This document shows, in pieces, positions 60,877-64,000 of a stretch of 64,000 nt of DNA (positions are counted from its first letter, which is position 1; every line of letters begins with the position of its first letter). A model generated the notes under the pieces. It was not told where the DNA came from and made no database searches. It saw only the letters and a program-made list of their open reading frames with translations. A program made the translations under genes and the position numbers. This DNA is from Hormiphora californensis (Eukaryota; Animalia; Ctenophora), in assembly GCA_020137815.1 (NCBI GenBank), contig CM035354.1, forward strand, positions 2,914,001 through 2,978,000, in the 5' to 3' direction.

Positions 60877-62675
60877 TATATTCTATTTTCACATGTCGAC
60901 ACACACATAACTGGGCTACTAGGTGACAAAAAAAGCCAGCTGGAGCGTGGAATATAAATTCAGTTACTATACTGAATACTGAATGACTAACACTTTGAAA
61001 GGAGGACCGCCTAAAATAAACAAAAAGAAGAACTCTAGCACTGTCAGTGAGTTCCTTGCAAAGAATTGCAAAATGTCGAGGGAACATTTATGCAGGGGAA
61101 AAATATAAACATTCACAACAATCCGATCAATTTTGCGTTTGCGGACCAGAGATATAATGATATCTTACGATTAACGGAATTGAAAATTTCCCACTTTACC
61201 CATTTGGAAAAAAAATCCATTGACCAAAGTCACGGACTGCTCATATCAAGTCTTGCGTTCTGCCAGCTGCTTCAATGTATTAAAGACAGACAACACACAA
61301 CCTTGGAATGTTTTGGTGAACTTTAGAATCTCTTGCCAGTACAGATCCAAAATGCATTTAAAAAAGTCATTAAACATGATGATTTAGTGGCAGGATTTTT
61401 TCCCCCGATATAGGAAATTAACATTATTTGACCCTGATTTAGTGGCACCCCGATTTAGTGGCAGGATTTTTTCCCCCGAGGATGCCACTAAATCGGGGTC
61501 CGACAGTATTCCAACCACGAATCCTTTTTTGAAAAAAATAGGATGAGTTGAAGATACAAAATGTTTCAAAATAGGACACAACCGCATACTTCTATTGATT
61601 TATAAACCACGAATCCTTTTTTGAAAAAAATCGGATGAGTTGAAGATACAAAATGTTTCAAAATAAGACAGAAACGCATACTTCTATTGATTTATATAAG
61701 GAACACCCAAGCGATTATGATCAGAGAGGTACCAATCTACTGAAAAAGCATAATATTCTGCTGTGGGGCCCTCTGCTGTCTTAAATAAATAAAGTTATAA
61801 TGGGATGATTCTTGTCTAGCTAGTTTACCCTGCTAGAAACCTGTAATACAATCAAACATCAATTTACCGAACCTCGATATATGTACCGGCGAATAAAAAT
61901 TTTGGGATATCAAAGATAATATGTATTAGTCATCTCTAAATACCAAGCAAAACCCCTTCCCCGAGGTCCGAGGAGTCCAGTAAATCGAGATTTGGCTGCA
62001 ATCTACTGCTTTCATGAAATCGAATTTAGGGATTCTCTCTATCTCTCTATTTCTCTCCCTCTCTTATTCTCAGCTTACAAAATAGTAGGATATATTTAAC
62101 AAAGTCATAGTTGCCAAGGAGAAAGAGTAGAAAATATCAAAGTAAGGGACAACGGGGACTGGAAAAAGTCTAGATTAATAATACGTGAGGAATATTACAG
62201 AATACCAGATCTGAATGAAGGTGAGAGCATAAACAATATATTAGACCTCTAAATTTTTGAATAACAGGATATATTTGTTACCCACGCTAGCTTGAATATA
62301 TAAACTGGATATATTTTAGACCCACGCTAGTTAAACGGGGTGGGTAGGAATGTAGTTAGGATTCCCAAAAGTTCTGGGACCCGGTCTATCTAGAAAATTA
62401 GAATTTCAAGCGGCCGTTTGTCTACAAGCTCAAATATTTTACCATTCCCAGATTAACTTGATTATTGATAAAATATTAATAATACTAGGGACCACGGTCC
62501 ACGACTAATAACTCTAATCTCGATATACCCTTCCCCCAAGTCCCAAGCTACCCACCCTCACCCCCTTCCCCTGAGCTACCCAGTCCACCTGCAGTACATC
62601 CCTGATCTCACCGAAAATCCCGCCCGTCTACATCGCCCGTCTACTCGGGGGGGGGGGGGGGGGGGGTCTACTCAC

Positions 62676-62818
62676 CGCATTATTGCAGGCTGAGGTGATC
62701 ATCATGTATTTGGGGTTGAAAGCAACACAAGAGATGGGGTTCGGGTGATTTCCTTCCAAGAGTGCAATCTTGTTACCCGTTCTCACCGACCACACGTGCA
62801 GGTGGCCATCCTGGGAAC
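62676..62818 (-). CDS. WDR82: Near-terminal exon of WDR82 (upstream exons not found in the window)
   Basis: GSQDGHLHVWSVRTGNKIALLEGNHPNPISCVAFNPKYMMITSACNN with AG/GT borders; possible last exon NFW... at ~62331-62375. Confidence 0.75.
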
Positions 62819-62834
62819 CTAAAAGGGGAATATG

Positions 62835-62988
62835 GAACAGGGGTTAGGGAACAGTGGTTAGGGAATAGGGATTAGGGAACAGTGGTTAGGGAATAGGGGT
62901 TAGGAAATAGGGGTTGGGGAATAGGGGTTAGGGAACATTGGTTAGGGAATAGGGGTTAGGGAATAGGGGTTAGGGAACAGTGGTTTGG
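62835..62988. repeat. G-rich ~14-bp repeat containing TTAGGG
   Basis: ggttagggaatagg/ggttagggaacagt units. Confidence 0.85.
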
Positions 62989-64000
62989 GTCTCAAAGTGG
63001 AGAAAAGGGGTTAGGGAGCTGAGCGATCTTGTGTGATCTCAAAGTGGAGGAACAGCTGTTACTGGTGGTTAGGGAGATGAGGGATCCTGAAATAGAGAAC
63101 ATTATATTATATATAGGAGAGGGCAGAATGTACGGGAATTATTATAGTGATGGTTGTATAGAGAGATTGGGAAAGACACGGTGATTATTAACAGCTGAAT
63201 AAAATACCATAACAATAAGCACTATATTCAGCTCCTAGCATATAATACTGTTCGTTTGGGTTATCATGGCACCTGGGATATATTTTATACAGATCATGCT
63301 CAGGACCCAGATGGCTTTAGTTTTGGGAGCCTAACTGTAATCTCTTATGATCTGTAATGTTGGTGGCGCAGTCACAGCTCAGTCTCACTCGTTGAGAGTT
63401 GTTTTGCCGCGCCTCGCGCGGGAGTTGTGAGGGTGACTGCGTCACCAATCTGTAATCTCTGATATCCTTTGTTGAATTGTAATGTTTTTGTGTGCAAGCT
63501 ACTCATTCAACAGTTAATTAGGTCGTCACTTACAGCGTAGTTGTACATGTATAATCTCCACACATAAATTATAGACTGATCAATGGGTATAATTATGCTT
63601 CAAACTAAAGCTTCCTAGCCTCGTTATATAGCGCCATTATTACCGTGGTATACTCTCTCTCTCTCTCTCTCTCACTCATTCTATCTTTCTCTCTTTTTCT
63701 CTCTTTTTCTCTCTCTTTCTCTCTCTCTCTATCTCTCTCGGTCCACTACACGCACCACTCCCGCATGGGGCCGTAAGGTCCCATGCGTGAGCAGGGTTAA
63801 ATCCCCCGAGCCCGGATCCTGTTGGATTCTCTCCATCTCTACCCGTATAACTTTTATACTGCACAATATTACATCTCTTTGCAGTTGTTAGCAAGTCCAT
63901 TAGTTCACCAGAGCTATATATTATAGCCATGGTTGGTCATTCTAAGTTCTTCATGAGAGAGAGAGTGAGAGAGAGAGAGAGTGAGAGAGAGAGAGAGTGA

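Noticed and set aside
62835-62988. Telomere or interstitial telomere
   Set aside because: TTAGGG is part of a ~14-bp unit in an intron, not a hexamer array.

Overview
Eukaryotic (animal) nuclear DNA: gene-dense, with GT-AG introns filled by MITEs, long palindromes and minisatellites. The repeat families look ctenophore-like (Pleurobrachia-type), but that assignment is inference only. Genes spliced by hand, in order: a urea-transporter (UT/SLC14)-like channel fused to two ankyrin modules (+, ~2.3-13.9 kb), CDV3-like (-), intronless U2AF2 (-), a disrupted Fuzzy-like longin gene (+), a TMBIM/Lifeguard-like gene (+), two copies of an orphan sirtuin first exon, two tandem TIMP-like genes (-), MRPS14 with a long C-terminal extension, OS9, RPB7 and ECT2L (all +), an aquaporin (-) and a 3' exon of WDR82 (-). 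The most striking unexplained pattern is that tandem repeats repeatedly copy exon-intron junctions, giving arrays of duplicate splice acceptors and donors in at least four genes. Also notable: an operon-like run of closely spaced co-oriented genes with acceptor-like AGs just before their ATGs, and abundant RFX X-box motifs. Several conserved genes carry single-base frameshifts, so the consensus probably contains indel errors. All gene identities come from recalled family motifs, not database searches.
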